Shown: piece after piece, positions 16,310-34,149 of the stretch
How positions within the stretch are numbered: position 1 is the stretch's first letter
Layout: each line of letters starts with the position of its first letter
Origin: the human T2T-CHM13v2.0 reference genome, Homo sapiens
Direction: 5' to 3' (one strand)
NCBI RefSeq assembly: GCF_009914755.1
Contig: NC_060925.1
Length of the DNA stretch: 64,000 nucleotides
Made by a program: the position numbers and the translations under genes
Notes under the pieces: model-generated
The model's database searches: none
What the model was told of the DNA's origin: nothing
The model's input: only the letters and a program-made list of their open reading frames with translations

Positions 16310-17104
16310 TACCTCCAAGTGGTTTGGAAGATTTCTGTCTGGGTCAGTTGACCAACCCAAGAGGAAAGATTCACAGACACTCACGTCGGAGGGCACTATG
16401 ACGCTGTCCAGCCCAGCCACCCTGTGATGGTGGTCATCACTCCAAAAGCCCCCACCACTCACACAAATGTTCCATCCAACTTTTTAGTGCCTCACTTTGA
16501 AATTAAATATGCAATAATGGAGAAAGATTGTGAAATAAAATTAAGTTAATCTCCTGGGGGGAAAAAAGACAGAGATGGAAAATGGGAGATAAAATTTAGA
16601 AAATTAGAGAACCATTGTAGACTATCCATATAATAGGAATTCCAGAAAGAATGAGTAGGGAAAATGAAGGGAGGGTGTTTTTAAAGAAATAATTCAAGGG
16701 AATGTCCTAAATCCAGTGACATAAGTTTTCAGATTATGCCCAGCACGACACCAAGACACATATGAAAACCATGCCAAGACACATCATGAAATTTTAGAAC
16801 CCCTAAAATAAAGAGAAGACCCTAAAAGCCTTGAAATTTTTTTTGTAAAAATATCATGTACAATGGATTAGAACTCCGATTAGCATCAAATTAATCAATA
16901 CCTAACAATGGAAACTAGAAAAAAATTAACAGTATTCAAGATTCTGAGGGAAATTATTTTCAACCCAGAATTGTCTACCTGGCCAAGCATTCAATTAAAC
17001 AAAGGGATAGAATAAAAACATTTTCAGATGTGCAAAGTGTATCAGTGAGACTCCAGTTAGTATTCTGATACAGGGAAAATTTAATATGAAGAATTATTAC
17101 TTAG

Positions 17105-17404
<300 letters not shown>

Positions 17405-18273
17405 TAGTAAAAGATGATTAATTACTAAAAGATGTAAAATAAAGCCCTAAAGAAGACAGGAATACCAACTGTAGGGAATGACTACTTCCTTTAAGGCTGA
17501 GGCAAAGTACCCATAATCAAGGAAGAAATAAGCTCAGGGGCCTGTAAAGGCTGAGATTCAGACCTCATTGTAGAGGGTGTGGCTGAGGCCCATGTAATAG
17601 TGGAGAAGTTCACTGGGGTACCCTGGACCAAAGCTGATCCATAGGAAGCTGTCCACTGGGGTGTGCCAATAAGAGCCAGTGTGCAGGAGGCCACCCGCTA
17701 AAGGAAGCTAGGGCTGGCTCATGAGAAGTAGCCTGCTGGAGAGCTGGAGGAACTTACTGGAAGTTGAGTGGAGAAACTTGTTTGACGGCAAGTGCCACTG
17801 AGCCCCCTGCACATCTGTTGCAACTGCACATGAGAACTTGGAAGAGAAGCCCTTTTATCTGCCATGCCTTGCAGTGTTTTTCCAGGGCCCTCTGTTGACA
17901 AAGCCTAACGTTGCTCCAGCTGGCAAAGGAGAAATGTTTATAGGGTCCAGTATCATAAAGAAGCACAATAGAGCTGAGATGCAATAAATTAATAACTGGT
18001 ACACAAAGTCTCAGAAAATCTACTTCCTTTGTGCCTTTCCCTGGAAAGTGACTCAAAAATGATCCACCAAAAGGAAGTAAACTAGGAAAGAACAATATAT
18101 GAGATCCAAGAAACAAGAGATAGAGGATCCCAAGAACGAGGAAAAGTGAATCCCAGGATGATGACAATGGAAGATCCAGGATGACAGTGGACGCAGCAGG
18201 ACTAGTGAGCAACCAGTATCTCTGACTGGAGCAAGAAAAGAGATGACTCCAGGAGGGATGACTCAAAAGAGAC

Positions 18274-18282
18274 TGTGTGTGT

Positions 18283-18329
<47 letters not shown>

Positions 18330-18338
18330 CGCGCGTGT
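18274..18338. repeat. (TG)n(CG)n compound microsatellite
   Basis: Alternating purine-pyrimidine over 65 bp, including (GC)7. Confidence 0.97.
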
Positions 18339-19281
18339 CTGTGCAGAAGGAAGAAATAGAGTAGGGAGGAGGAGGAGGGAAAAGAAGAAAGAGCAGGAGA
18401 AATAAAAAAGGAAGAAAAGAAAAAAGAATATGTTTGAACACATTGAAAGGAGTTTTATGCTCTATCAGTGAATTAATGATAGATATACAGAAAATTAAGT
18501 GAACAAGAAACTGACAATTATTAATCCCAGATGAAAAAAAGGGTTTACAAAAAAATGTATAATTGTAGTTCACTACATGTCTCGTTGTGAAAAATATTTA
18601 CACAGTCTTAAAAATTCAATGAATATTCAACTGATCAAAAATCATGATACAACTATATTAGGAAGATGAAGTGAGAATAGGAGAAGAATTGGGAGGTATA
18701 AGAGAACGGAAGCCTCATCTTACCTAGCAGGAAGACAATAATAGAAGATAACCAACATGTAAAAATATAAGAAAGTAACATTACAAAAATGTTATTTAAA
18801 AACATGAAGGTGACTACCAAAAGAAAGACCAAAATGTGTCCTACATGGTTGTTTCTGGATAGCAGTAATTGAGGGTAAGGTGAAGTGGGATGGAAATTGT
18901 TGGTTTAAGTTATAAGAATTATAGAATTTAAACATTTTTAACTATGCATATGGATATCTTCAATAAAAATTGAGGAAAAAATAAGAAGAGAATTTATTTC
19001 TTAAGTTTGAATTGGAACTTAGGTCTGCGTTAAACACATTTCTTTAATTTATTTCAATTAAAGATTGGTCCAAGGGCATACTTCCCTGCTTTGGACATAT
19101 TCTCAGAAGCATAAAGTCTTTGGCAGTAAGGATGCTCCCCCCAAATTATGTGAGGAGCAAAACCACAGTGTGCCAGGGGGAGTGAGAAACTACAGTGTAA
19201 GCATGGCCTGTCTCTAGAGGAGTCAATTTTATCCAAGGCTAATCGTGGAAAGCTTCTTTTCTTGTCTTAGAAAACATAGAA

Positions 19282-19642
19282 GGCCAGGTGCTGTGGTGCA
19301 TGCCTGTAATCCCAGCATTTTGGGAGTTTGAGGTGGATGGATCACTTGAGCCCAAGAGTTCAAAACCAGCCTGGCCAACCTGGTGAAACCCTGTCTCTAC
19401 CAAAACAAACAAACAAACAAACAAACAAAAGAAAACCAAAAATTAGCTGGGAGTGGTGGTGCATGCCTGTAGTCCCAGATACTCCAGAGGCTAAGGTGGG
19501 AGGATTGCTTGAGCCTGGGGAGGTCAAGGCTGCAGTGAGCCATGATCATGCCACAGCACTCCAGCCTGGGCAACAGAGTGAGACCCTGTCAAAAAAAAAA
19601 AAAGAAGGAAGGAAGGAAGGAAGGAAAGAAAGAAAGGAAGGA

Positions 19643-19722
<80 letters not shown>

Positions 19723-19880
19723 GAAAGAAAGAAGGAAAGAAGGAAAGAAAGAAAGAAAGAAAAAAGAAAGACAAGAAAGAAAGAAAGAAAGAGAAAGAAA
19801 GAAGGAAAGAAAGAAAGCGAGAAAGAAAGAAAGAAAGAAAAAGAAAAGAAAAAAGAAAAAGATAAAAAAGGATAAAGAAA
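19282..19880 (+). mobile_element. AluJ-like (19282-19602) with (CAAA)n linker and ~280-bp (GAAA)n tail
   Basis: Alu consensus plus GAAA/GGAA tetranucleotide array. Confidence 0.93.
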
Positions 19881-20084
19881 AAACATATCTAGGTTATGGA
19901 AGACAGTGGGGCTTTAAAGAAGGAAAGAAATTTGGATTAATTTTGCTGCTAAGTTAATGGTTACACTGACATCAGAACTTTTCAGATGTTGTTTCCTCTC
20001 AAGAAGTGCAAGCCCCTCTAGCTTTTCACAGGTATATTACCTTCCAATTCGGTTCTTCAAGTATGTATGGAACACTTAATGTAT

Positions 20085-20549
20085 GTGTTATGGGTTGAAT
20101 TGTGCTCCCCCAATATTTATATGTTAAAGTCCCAACCCCTAGTGTCTCAGAATGTGACCTTCTTTAGAAATAAGTTCACGGCAGATATAATTAGTTAAGA
20201 TGAAGTCTTCAGGATGGACCCTAATTCAAAAATATTGGTGTCTTTACAAAAAGGGAAAATTTGGACACACACACACAGACAATGCCATGGGAAGCTGAAG
20301 GCAAAGATGAAGGCAGAGATGGAGATGATGCTTCTACAAGCCAAGGAACACCAGGGATCGCCTGCAAACCACCGGAAACTAAGGGAATGGTAGGGAACAG
20401 CCTCTTTCTCACAGTCCCCGGAAGAAACCAACCCTGCCAACACCTTGATCTCAGGCTTCTAACTTCCAGAACTATGAAACAATACATTTCTGTTATTTAA
20501 GCCACCTAGTTTGTAGTACTTCATTATAGCAACCCCAGAAAACTAATAC
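20085..20549 (+). mobile_element. MaLR LTR (MLT1B/C-like)
   Basis: tgttatgggttgaattgtg...cagaatgtgacct...caagccaaggaacacca...aaactaatac. Confidence 0.85.
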
Positions 20550-20982
20550 GGTGTTTAATGTGCTTTTTCTATTAAGTGGTGGTCTAGTCCCCAGATTTTC
20601 TTTTTGTTGTAAATATTATCCAGAGAGTCAATGTACTTATAAATATCTTCTCAACATATTTATATCATCAATTGAATTAAATTCTTCTTTTAAGCTACAT
20701 TTGTATAGTTATGAATGAAAAGTTGTTGGGGGAGATAGCAGAGAAAGAAAATGTGATTACTGATTTCTTTAGACTGAATAAATAAATTTACTTTTCTGTC
20801 AGAGGGTGGAAGGGATAAGACTAAGACTTTCCAGTTGCATTACTTATTTGATTTTCTAACTAATTCAAGTCCTTTCAGTTTAGATTTGGTTTGTATGTTT
20901 TCTTAAAAGATGAGTCAATGCACATAGTTGTGTATACATTCCTTAGGATCTATATACTGTAAGGCAAGAACGTTTCCATTTA

Positions 20983-21300
<318 letters not shown>

Positions 21301-22004
21301 AAGTAAATTGTTCCCTGCTGGCAAACTATTGAGGGTCTGAACTAGACGACACTGTCCTAAAACCTATGTATTACACAGAAGTTCAATTGATTTAGGGATC
21401 TGTAAAAACAAATAGCATTGACAATTTTTACCTAACACAGATGTTTTAATCAATGGTGTGTATGTGTCTTGATGCACAATTAACCACAAATGTCTCCAGA
21501 AGATACATGCTATTTCAATGTGCACATGGGGAGTATCTCTAGAATAAGGACCTGAAAAAGTCCTATTGTTCTTCATCTTGTTAAAAACTTCAATTCTGGC
21601 ACTTTATGCATTCATAGTAGAATTGAGAATCGTGATATAGCTATGCTGATAATTCAAGTTAAAAACACATTTTCTTTGATTATCTAGATGTTGCAGGCAA
21701 ATGTAAGAACTTATTAGCATGAATTATTATCCAGAGAATTGGCTCAATTTTCCATTTCACTTTGCTCATGTAAGCATGGTCTAAATCATTAAGTGAGAAA
21801 TATTCTTAGCAATGAACTGCATTTAAAACTCTGGTAAAAAGTCATTTTTATCTAATGGCCAAATGTAACAAATATAATAACAGCGATTTCTTATACTTAT
21901 AGGGTTGACACTGGTGAGATGTCACCATCAAGGGATTTGATGGAGATTATAAAATTTAGAACTCATGGGTCCTAGTTCAGTGTTCTTTCCACTACTGCAA
22001 GGTT

Positions 22005-22205
<201 letters not shown>

Positions 22206-22210
22206 TACTT

Positions 22211-22560
22211 CAGGGGTTCTTAGCCTTTTATATGCCATGAGCCTCCCTAGGAATTGGCAGAAGCATTTGGACACCTTCTTAGAAAAATGTTTTCAAATGT
22301 ATTTCTAAAACATCATGGGATTATACAGAAAACCAATTATATTCAAATGTAATTATCAAAATATTTTAAAATTTGTGACACTGTCGTACCTGTGCCTCTT
22401 TATTAACATATTAAATATCAAGAAACAGTAGCAATTCTAATAAATGTCATAATTTCAAAGTAGTGACAAGTATAAACAATAATTCAAGGTGTTTACAACA
22501 ATTGTGACATGCAAATAACTGTGATTTCTGTTGGTAACAAAGTCACTGATATTGCTACAT
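22211..22560. mobile_element. hAT-Charlie DNA transposon fragment (MER119/Charlie7-like)
   Basis: caggggttcttagcctttt...gccatg...aaaccaattatatt. Confidence 0.6.
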
Positions 22561-22644
22561 ATAAGACATTGGGAGTTACCAGTAACCAGTAATCCAAACA
22601 GGATGTGGCATTAGAGTTTTGAATTGAGATAATTATTTAATTAA

Positions 22645-22932
<288 letters not shown>

Positions 22933-23364
22933 TAATTATTTAATCAGTTGTTGGGTTCTTATGAATGAGACTAAGACCTTGGAGTAGCTCGACATTAAAC
23001 CAGGTGCAGGGGCAGAGGGGTGCTGTCATCGAAAGGTCTAAAACCCAATCTGAGTTATATGCATCCCAGAGCCAGGAAAGCTCTATAAGTTATATTGCAA
23101 TGACATTCATTCATTCAACAATTACCTTCTGGGAACCAGGAACTGAGTGGACACTTCCTCAGCAACTTGGTCCTATCTTCTGATATTCGAAAGCCAGTCA
23201 TCAAAAATCCAGAGATCAATGGGAAACAAAATTGCATTAATTCGAGAAAAAGCTATTCATCTTGATTGGATTGGGTTTCAAGACAGGAACATATATCTTA
23301 CATCTTGCCATTCCCCTGGTTCTCTCAGTAATCTTGGCCCATTCCCTTTTGTGTGTGTGTGCCA

Positions 23365-23920
23365 AAATATTTTTATAGACTTTATGTTTTTAGAACAGTT
23401 TTAAGTTGACAGAAAAATTGAGAAGATAATACAGAGGGTTCTCTTACCCCCTACACTCAATTTTCCTTATTATTATTATCTTACATTAGTATGGTACATT
23501 TGTTACACTTAATGAACTAATATTTATACATTATGATTAAAGTCCTTACTTTATCCAGATTTTTTAGTTTTCGCCGAATGTCTTTTTTTCTGTCCCAGGG
23601 ATGCTACATTACTGTCGTCCTGCCTCCTTAGACTCTTAGACTTGTCTTGACTGTGACAATTTCTCAGATTTTCCTTGTTTTTTTTGACCTTGACTGTTTG
23701 AAGGAGGACTGGTCAGGTATTTTGTAGAATGTCTCTCAATTGGGATTTGTGTGACGTTTTTGTCATGATTAGACTGAAGTTATGGGTTTTGGGGAGGACT
23801 ATCGCAGAAGTAAGTTTCTATTTTCAAGACCTCATATCAAGGATACAAGCTATCAACTTGAGTGTGGATGATGACCTTAAGTTATCACTGTTGATGATCA
23901 AGTGACTAAGGTAGTGTTTG
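23365..23920 (-). mobile_element. Old L1 3' end fragment (L1MC/MD-like)
   Basis: ttttagaacagttttaagttgacagaaaaattgag...gtatggtacatttgttaca...ctggtcaggtattttgtagaatgt. Confidence 0.75.
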
Positions 23921-24130
23921 TCTGGACCCCCTGCAAATTCACTTTTTACATTTATGTAATTAACTATTAAAGAGAAAATAATTCTCACTACACATGATAA
24001 CCTCGTCCTTTACAGAATCATAGGTCTAGAAGAGATTTTGACAGATTAGTTGGTCCAGTCTCTTGTCCCTGTATTCAAGCCACCCTGCACAGATGAGTTT
24101 GTGGTAGGCCTATTTTTAAAGATAGAAAGT

Positions 24131-24428
24131 GGCTGGGCATGGTAGCTCATGCCTGTAATCTTAACACTTTGGGAGGCTGAGGCAGGCAGATCACTCGAGC
24201 CCAGGAGTTTGAGACCAGTGTGGGCAACATAGTGAAACCCCGTCTCTACAAAAAATACAAAAATTGGCCGGGTGAGGTGGAGTGTAACTGTGGTCCTAGA
24301 TACTCAGGAGACTGAAGCGGGAGGATGACCTGAGCCCAGGAGGTCAAGTCTGCGATGAGCTGTGATTGAGCCACTGCACTCCAGCCTGGGTGACAGTGAG
24401 ACTCTGTCTCAAAATAATAATAATAAAT
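24131..24428 (+). mobile_element. AluJ-like with (TAA)n tail
   Basis: Alu consensus. Confidence 0.92.
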
Positions 24429-24639
24429 ATAGAAAGGGAAAGGGACTCCACAGTGAAAGAATTCTGAACTCTTGACAAATGAGGTTCTCTGGCTCAATCA
24501 ATCAATAAATATGCAATGTAGAGTGTTGGAACCATATGCAAGCTGCTTAGATATATGTGTAACTCCAAGGCACTTATACCATCTTAAATCATTTCTGAAA
24601 CAAGGTGGTGTATGAGTGAAGATACAAATAATTGAAAAA

Positions 24640-24910
24640 AAGGCAGTATAACACAGTGGGAATCAGTACGAAAAACAGTGCGGTTATAAACACAGTTTTT
24701 GGATTCATAATGTCTAAATTTACATTCCAGGTCCACTGAATGAAGGCATGCCACTTTAGATAAGTCACTAAGGCCTTTCTAAGCCTCAGTCTCCTTAGCT
24801 ATAAAATGGGGATAATCGTACCCATTATTAAAAGTTGTGCAAGTCAAATAACATATCAAAAGCATCTGGCACATAGTAGGTCCTCAATACATTGTAGCTA
24901 TTGTTATTAA
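24640..24910 (+). mobile_element. MIR
   Basis: aagcctcagtctccttagctataaaatggggataat...ctggcacatagtagg. Confidence 0.75.
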
Positions 24911-26455
24911 ACAGGGAATAATTATATGACCCTGTAATCATTATATTACATGGTATCATAATAGTTACATGGCACTGTAAATTAAATGGAGTGTGTTTTA
25001 GGAGGGCTTTCTGCTGAAGGAGTACACACTGTGGATCTTTCTCCTTAGTTTTCTTCCTGCTTCCCAGCTTCCTCCACTCCCTACTTTCTTCCTTGTTTGG
25101 TCTCGGATTTCATTACCTCCTCCCTGTTCTCTTAGTGGCTGATGCCTTCAAACCATTCCCCACTGCCAAGCCCTTTTGTTACACTGGCATTTGTCAAGCA
25201 GCTGAGTTTCTTAGTGACTGATAAGAACCACTTCTCCCCCAGGTAGTCAGGGAGAGGCAGCGAGCTGGCAAGAGTGGAGAAAATGTTTCTGTGTACAGGA
25301 CTTGGATTCCTGCGTTTGTTTGTTTTGTTTTAAGTGGTTGCTTTGCTGATCCTATTACTGTAAAGGGTAATGATATTTGGGAATGAAAGTCTATGAATAA
25401 GTAATGATAATAGAAGTAAGACCCAGAACTGTGGGATAGAAAGCTGTGTTAAAAATAGTCTGTCATTTTCCACTCTGCCTACTAAGCCTTTTCCTAGACT
25501 GAAAGACACAGATCACGCTTCCACGAGCTGAGCCAACACAGCATGGCAGGAGTAAATCCACAACCCAAAGAAAACCGTACTCCTGAGCAAAGCAACTTTC
25601 TGCTGTGGTCAAAGCTCATCCACTGGGTTTCTCTGATGGAGGCAATGAAACTTTTCCCCTCAAAGCCTGGTAACCTGAGTTAAAAATGTAAAATGTATTG
25701 ATTTGAGAGTGGAAACTACAAAATGAGAACACGTTAGGCTTTGCTCTGAGAACTTTATGGTTCTTGAGACAGTTATTCTTAGTTATTTGATTCAATTAAA
25801 ATGCAGATGTAAGCAAGGTGAACCATAAGGAAATATGATAAGAGACTTTAGCTCAGGATGAAAGTGTAAACCATAGCATCAGAGGCATCATGCATACCAT
25901 TATCTAGAAGGCTGGTCAAACTGAGGTCCTGCAGCAGCCTCAGCACAAATGGCTGCCAAACCTCGATTCTAGTGAACTAAGAGAAAACAGACAGTGAGGC
26001 AAGCAAGGACTTTGTACTCAGAATATTCTGCAGTTCAGGAAGTCCAGATCCTAGGAGTGCAAGCCAAGACATTACAACCGATGTGAGGAATTGCTCTGGT
26101 GCCAATCGTGGCCTCAGATTTATCGCTTTAATGGCTAAGGTCACAGGCTAAGGCATTCTCCAGATTCTGCTGTTGAATACAGACACTACCGCCCCTCCTG
26201 TCTCCCCACCATCAAACACAAGGAGTCTGGTAGGGCAGAACTGCACAAATGGGAAACACCCATCAAATGCAGCAGGAATATTAACTTCACTAGGAAGCCT
26301 TTGTATGCCATTACTTTAGAAAGGATTCCTTGTTAGTCCTACCATTAAACAATTAAATTGTCAGAGATGAATTCTGTGCATGTGTGTGCAGAGCTTGCCT
26401 GTGTGTGCAGGATGTGTAATTTCCCACTCAGGTGATGTCTGCTGCAGGTTGTCTT

Positions 26456-26488
<33 letters not shown>

Positions 26489-27225
26489 GTCCCTTTCCCA
26501 CCCCAATTGTGTGCTTTTCCCTTTACATTGTTGAAAATAAATACATCTTCCTGATGGTATAAGCTTTTATTATGAACTTTGATATGCCTACACATTCTAT
26601 ACTACACAGAAAGTAGTAATATAAAATGAAATGTTCAAAAATTAATTTGTCTCCAGGTATTTCTCTGCCAGAACATGATTCCTTAGTTCCCCTCTCCTGA
26701 CACTAGTTATTGATACAGTCGGTTTACTCTACATGCATTCTAAACATGGATGTTATATCAAAAAACTCTAAACCAAGTCAAGGCTAATGCCTACAAACAG
26801 GAAGAATGATGAGCAAATGCTGTGTCCCTTATATTTTCATCCTAATTAGGAATTTATGCCTTCATAATACTGGCTTACTTATTCTAGTTCTCTATTGTAA
26901 AATGTCTGACCTAGGAAAATCAATGCTTGTGACAAGTACACATATTTCACTTAAACCCAGTAATAATTATTTTAGTCAAGAAAAAGCACACTACCTAAAA
27001 TAAATTTAATTATATTTAATTCATATAATTAGGGCCACACTTAAATCTCTATACTTTCTTATATAGCTCACATTTTTACTTAATTGGAATATATTCTTGC
27101 CCTCGTCAATTACCAAAACTTTTCTTTGAGGTTTCATAATCTTTTAAAAATGCTAAAAACAAAATAGACTAGCTATACACTAAGATGAAAAGACTTTTAG
27201 AAATTCCATATGTATAAAGTGAAGG

Positions 27226-27385
27226 GGCCAGGTGCAGTGGCTCACATCTGTAATCCCAATTCTTTGGGAGTCCAAGAGGGTAGGATTACTTGAGGCCAGG
27301 AGTTTAAGGTTACAATGAGCTGTGATCCCACAGTTACATTCCAGCCCAGGTGACAGAGTGAGACCCTGTCTCTAAAAAAATTAAA
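27226..27385 (+). mobile_element. Alu monomer (FAM/FRAM-like)
   Basis: Single-arm Alu of ~150 bp with A-rich tail. Confidence 0.8.
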
Positions 27386-27735
27386 ATAATTAATAACTAA
27401 TAATTTAAAAAAATAAGGTGAAGAGTAAGCTTAAGAAAATACTCCAATATCTGCAAATCCTCCAGCTCCTAAGAAAACCATGTTGGATTAATTCTCTATG
27501 TGCCGGTGCAACTATTAGTCACTTAATAAATGCTCCTTGATTGTGATGACATCGCAGCATCACGAATATATCCCGTGAACGAATATTAAGCCTCATAAAA
27601 TGTTTAGCCTATCTTTTTTATAACAATGTACAGAAGGGGCAAATAGAGAAGGAAAGGAGTCTTGAAATCAGATTATGAGTAGCTTCAGTTTCTCTCCAGA
27701 CTGCCTGTTTTTTGGATCTCGTTTTCTTTGGCTTA

Positions 27736-28119
27736 TGATACGGTTTGAATATGCCCCCTCTGAATCTTATGATGAAATGCGACTCTCAATGTTGGGAGTG
27801 GGGCAGATTCCTCACTAATGACTTGGTGCCATCCTCATGGTAAAGAGTGAGTTCTCAGTCTGTGAATTCATGTGAGAGCTAGTTATTTACAAGAGCCTGG
27901 CACTCCTCCCCTCTCTCGTTTCCTTTCTCTCTATGTGATACAGTTTCCTCCTTTGCCTTCTACCATGATTGTAAGCTCCCTGAGGCCCTCACCAGAAGCA
28001 GATGTTGGCACCATGCTTCTTGTATAGCCTGCAGAACTGTGAGCCAAATAAACCTCTCTTCTTCATAAGTTTACCCAGCCACAGGTATCCTTTCATAGCA
28101 ACACAAACAGACAAACACA
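27736..28119 (+). mobile_element. MaLR LTR (MSTB-like)
   Basis: tgatacggtttgaatat...ccatgattgtaagctccctgaggccctcaccagaagcagatg...ccaaataaacctct. Confidence 0.85.
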
Positions 28120-28171
28120 GCTTATATCTGTTAGATGTTAGAATGACATCTCTTTACAAATAATTGGTATG

Positions 28172-28460
28172 GGCCAGGTGTGGTGGCTCATACCTGTAAT
28201 CCCAGCACTTTGGACCAGCACTTTGGGAGCGGGAGGATCACTGGAAGCCAGGAGTTTGAGACCAGCCTGGGAAACCAAGCAAGACCTCCATCTTTACAAA
28301 AAATAAAAAAATAGCCAGGAGTTGTGGTGTGTGTGTGTGTAGTCCCAGCTACTCAGGAGGCTGAGGTGGGAGGATTGCTTGAGCCAAGGAGTTCAAAGCT
28401 GCAGTGAGTTTTGCTCACTCTATTGCACTCCAACCTGGGCAATAGAGTGACACCCTATTT
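28172..28460 (+). mobile_element. AluJ-like with a small internal duplication
   Basis: Alu consensus; ccagcactttgg repeated at 28202 and 28215. Confidence 0.88.
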
Positions 28461-29199
28461 CTATTTTTTTTCAATTAAAAAAGGATTGATATGTTTACTG
28501 AAACCACTCCTATCTATTTACTGATATAGGTTTTCCAAAATATTACCTTGAGCAAGGGACTCTCTCTCTATACATATGCATACATATATAAATATATAGT
28601 GACTTCCATTCAGAAATAATACTCATTAGCTTGTATTACGTCTGAAATCATGTCATTAGTTATTAATTGCTTTGATTAAAGTTTTTGTAGCATTATGAGA
28701 CTCCTATTAAAATACAAATGTCCCTGAGAGAGATAACACTCCAAGCTCACTGTCAGTGATTTACAACTTTTCAGGAATTATTGCAGGATTATTTATGAAA
28801 TATCAAATCTCTTTCCATCTGTGATGGCAAATAAGTAAATTCAGCCACATGAGGAAGTCCAGCACATAACTACTTCTGTGTCATGATATCAGGGCAGTTA
28901 GAAGGGACTGCCTGCTACCCAAACTCCACCATCCCTTCTCAAATTTTTTATTTTAAATTTTAGCCAAAAGGGTCTTTGTATACTATTAAACACAGATATT
29001 CCTGAAACAAGTCACACATTAAGCCCAAAATGTTATTTTTTTCATCTCTGAGCAAATGTATTTATCAGATTCTTGAAGATGCTGACTGAAACCCTTTACT
29101 GTTTAATTCTCTGAAATGTCTTCAGTAATTTTATGAAGTCCTAAAACTTCAACCTTTATGTTTATTGAAATAATCACAATTTTTTGTAATTTGCTCTCA

Positions 29200-32762
<3,563 letters not shown>

Positions 32763-32984
32763 TAATCCAAGTGGGTATTGTGTCCACAACAATCTGAATA
32801 AGTCAAATTTTACTTGTGAAATCCCCCTATCAGACAAATGACAAAAAGGTTTTGTGAAATGGGTTTCAGCAATTTTAAGTCTGAAAGTCTCTTTGTTAAA
32901 CAAAGGAAAACAACCACTGCCTTCAGTAAATTTGCAGCTCAAAGTATTATAAGTTTTATAATCAAACTTCTATTTGGAGCTTCT

Positions 32985-33016
32985 CACACACACACACACA
33001 TACACACACACACACA
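32985..33016. repeat. (CA)n microsatellite
   Basis: CA run with one interruption. Confidence 0.95.
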
Positions 33017-34149
33017 CCCCAAAATGATGACATCATAGTTGTCAATTAAATATTGTACCTCATTATAAATAACAATTACTCATTCCAAATTTTTCATTAT
33101 TGATTTATAGTTGGTTCTTTTTTCATGCCATAGCTACCACATAGTCACCTTAAATTTGTAATGAGGTTTCTCATTCCATAGACATTTGTCTGCCTCTTGT
33201 ACTTGTAGACACAGGTTCATGTTGTCAACAGTTGGGTATTGAATCTCAAAAAACATTAAGCTTAGGATTAAAGGTAGGGCAGGGAAAGCTGTCAGTAAAA
33301 CATGCTAACCTAATGTATCTGATGAGGACAGGGTCTAGTTCATACTCAGAACTGCAAGGATGCTGTGAAGTACAATGATTTGATACTTGTGATACCATTT
33401 TGTTGTAACATTAAAGCCAAGAGTCTTCTCCACCCAAGGGCAATGCCAGTTTCCCAGAAGGCTCATTTCTCCGAGCCAAAGCTCCAAAGATGCCAGTGCA
33501 CCCATGCTGATAACTTAGTCTCATGTTATTTCTCAATTTTATGCTTAATTTGCTCCTTTTGATTTTATGTATTTTCACACAGCCAAGTGTACATGGGGAT
33601 TTACCCATAGTCCTTTAAATGCCATAAAACTTTAATATAGGGAGATAAAAACCATAATAAGCCATGCCTCCAAACCCTCACATTTAGTTCTTTTGAGTTT
33701 GACAATAACCAGTTTTAGATTATTTGGAAATTTGGATTTCTACGTACTTGCACTGCTTTAAATGCCCTTGTGCCTTTCCTAACCCTCCTCTCCCACCCAG
33801 ATGAAAATTATACTCTACTCTTAACCTGGACATGCAACTTCCATTGACTGCACAAAATGGCATCTTTACAATTCTTAAATTATCATCATAATGGCCCACA
33901 TCATGCATGAGCCAATGCAATTTAATATGGTTCAGAATAAAGCCAAGATGGATGCCCAATTCCCAATTTTAGGCATGCAACCCTGGAATGTCTTTTGGAA
34001 AAAATGAAATAATGCTCTTGGTAGGCTGTTGGGTTCATCTGTTTTAAGCATAATTGCCATCTCTCAGCTTCCTAATACCCTTAAAACCTCTGAGAGTCTT
34101 TAATGTACAAAGTTCAACAAAAACACCTTCAAAACAAATTAGTTCTAAT

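Noticed and set aside
17754-18573. 229-aa and 123-aa minus-strand ORFs with HT repeats
   Set aside because: Read through the (TG)n(CG)n repeat and degraded L1/LTR sequence.
19328-19957. 209-aa Lys/Arg/Glu-rich ORF and overlapping Phe/Leu/Ser ORFs
   Set aside because: Translation of an Alu plus the (GAAA)n microsatellite.
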